From an uncultured Haloferula sp. (lineage in GTDB: Bacteria; Verrucomicrobiota; Verrucomicrobiia; Verrucomicrobiales; Akkermansiaceae): a stretch of 64,000 nt of DNA. The DNA is taken from positions 64,001 to 128,000 of the forward strand of contig CBFGTS010000006.1 in the NCBI GenBank assembly GCA_965652295.1, written 5' to 3'. The translations under genes were made by a program, and so were the position numbers. Below are positions 63,099 to 64,000 of the stretch, piece after piece; within the stretch, counting starts at the first letter, position 1, and each line of letters begins with the position of its first letter. The notes beneath the pieces were generated by a model. It ran no database searches and was not told where the DNA came from. It saw only the letters and a list, made by a program, of their open reading frames with translations.

Positions 63099-64000
<902 letters not shown>

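Overview
High-GC bacterial chromosomal window, most likely Verrucomicrobiota. This is inferred from a PEP-CTERM protein, a giant PilX-like pseudopilin, a planctomycete-type cytochrome c/WD40 protein and a long-form GreA. The backbone is housekeeping: uvrA (partial), trpF, thiC with a TPP riboswitch, eno, mtnP, tRNA-Arg(TCT), mazG, lysA, cdsA-dxr, serA and peptide ABC ATPases (partial). Accessory blocks are interspersed: a metal ABC pair, an ECF sigma/anti-sigma/PDZ trio, a LamG+3xPA14 surface protein, a dynamin-like GTPase, a VanW-glycosyltransferase fusion coupled to a YafK-type enzyme, and a LysR-controlled cyanate uptake/cyanase operon. The best candidate for an undescribed system is a two-gene operon at 53365-56658. 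It pairs a Tyr/acid-rich PEP-CTERM surface protein with a cytoplasmic alkaline-phosphatase-superfamily/TPR/sulfotransferase triple fusion, possibly a dedicated surface-protein sulfation system. Features missed by the ORF track include a decayed RES toxin gene, a frameshifted nucleotidyltransferase with a small partner and its own promoter, and an in-frame TGA-ATG junction that would recreate an NrtC/CmpC fusion. Also missed are a variant TPP aptamer, a candidate structured ncRNA at 61794-61944, GTAG REP doublets, and several inverted short-tandem-repeat elements. No CRISPR array, rRNA, integrase or intact transposase was seen. All product calls come from motif recognition by eye; no database searches were run.
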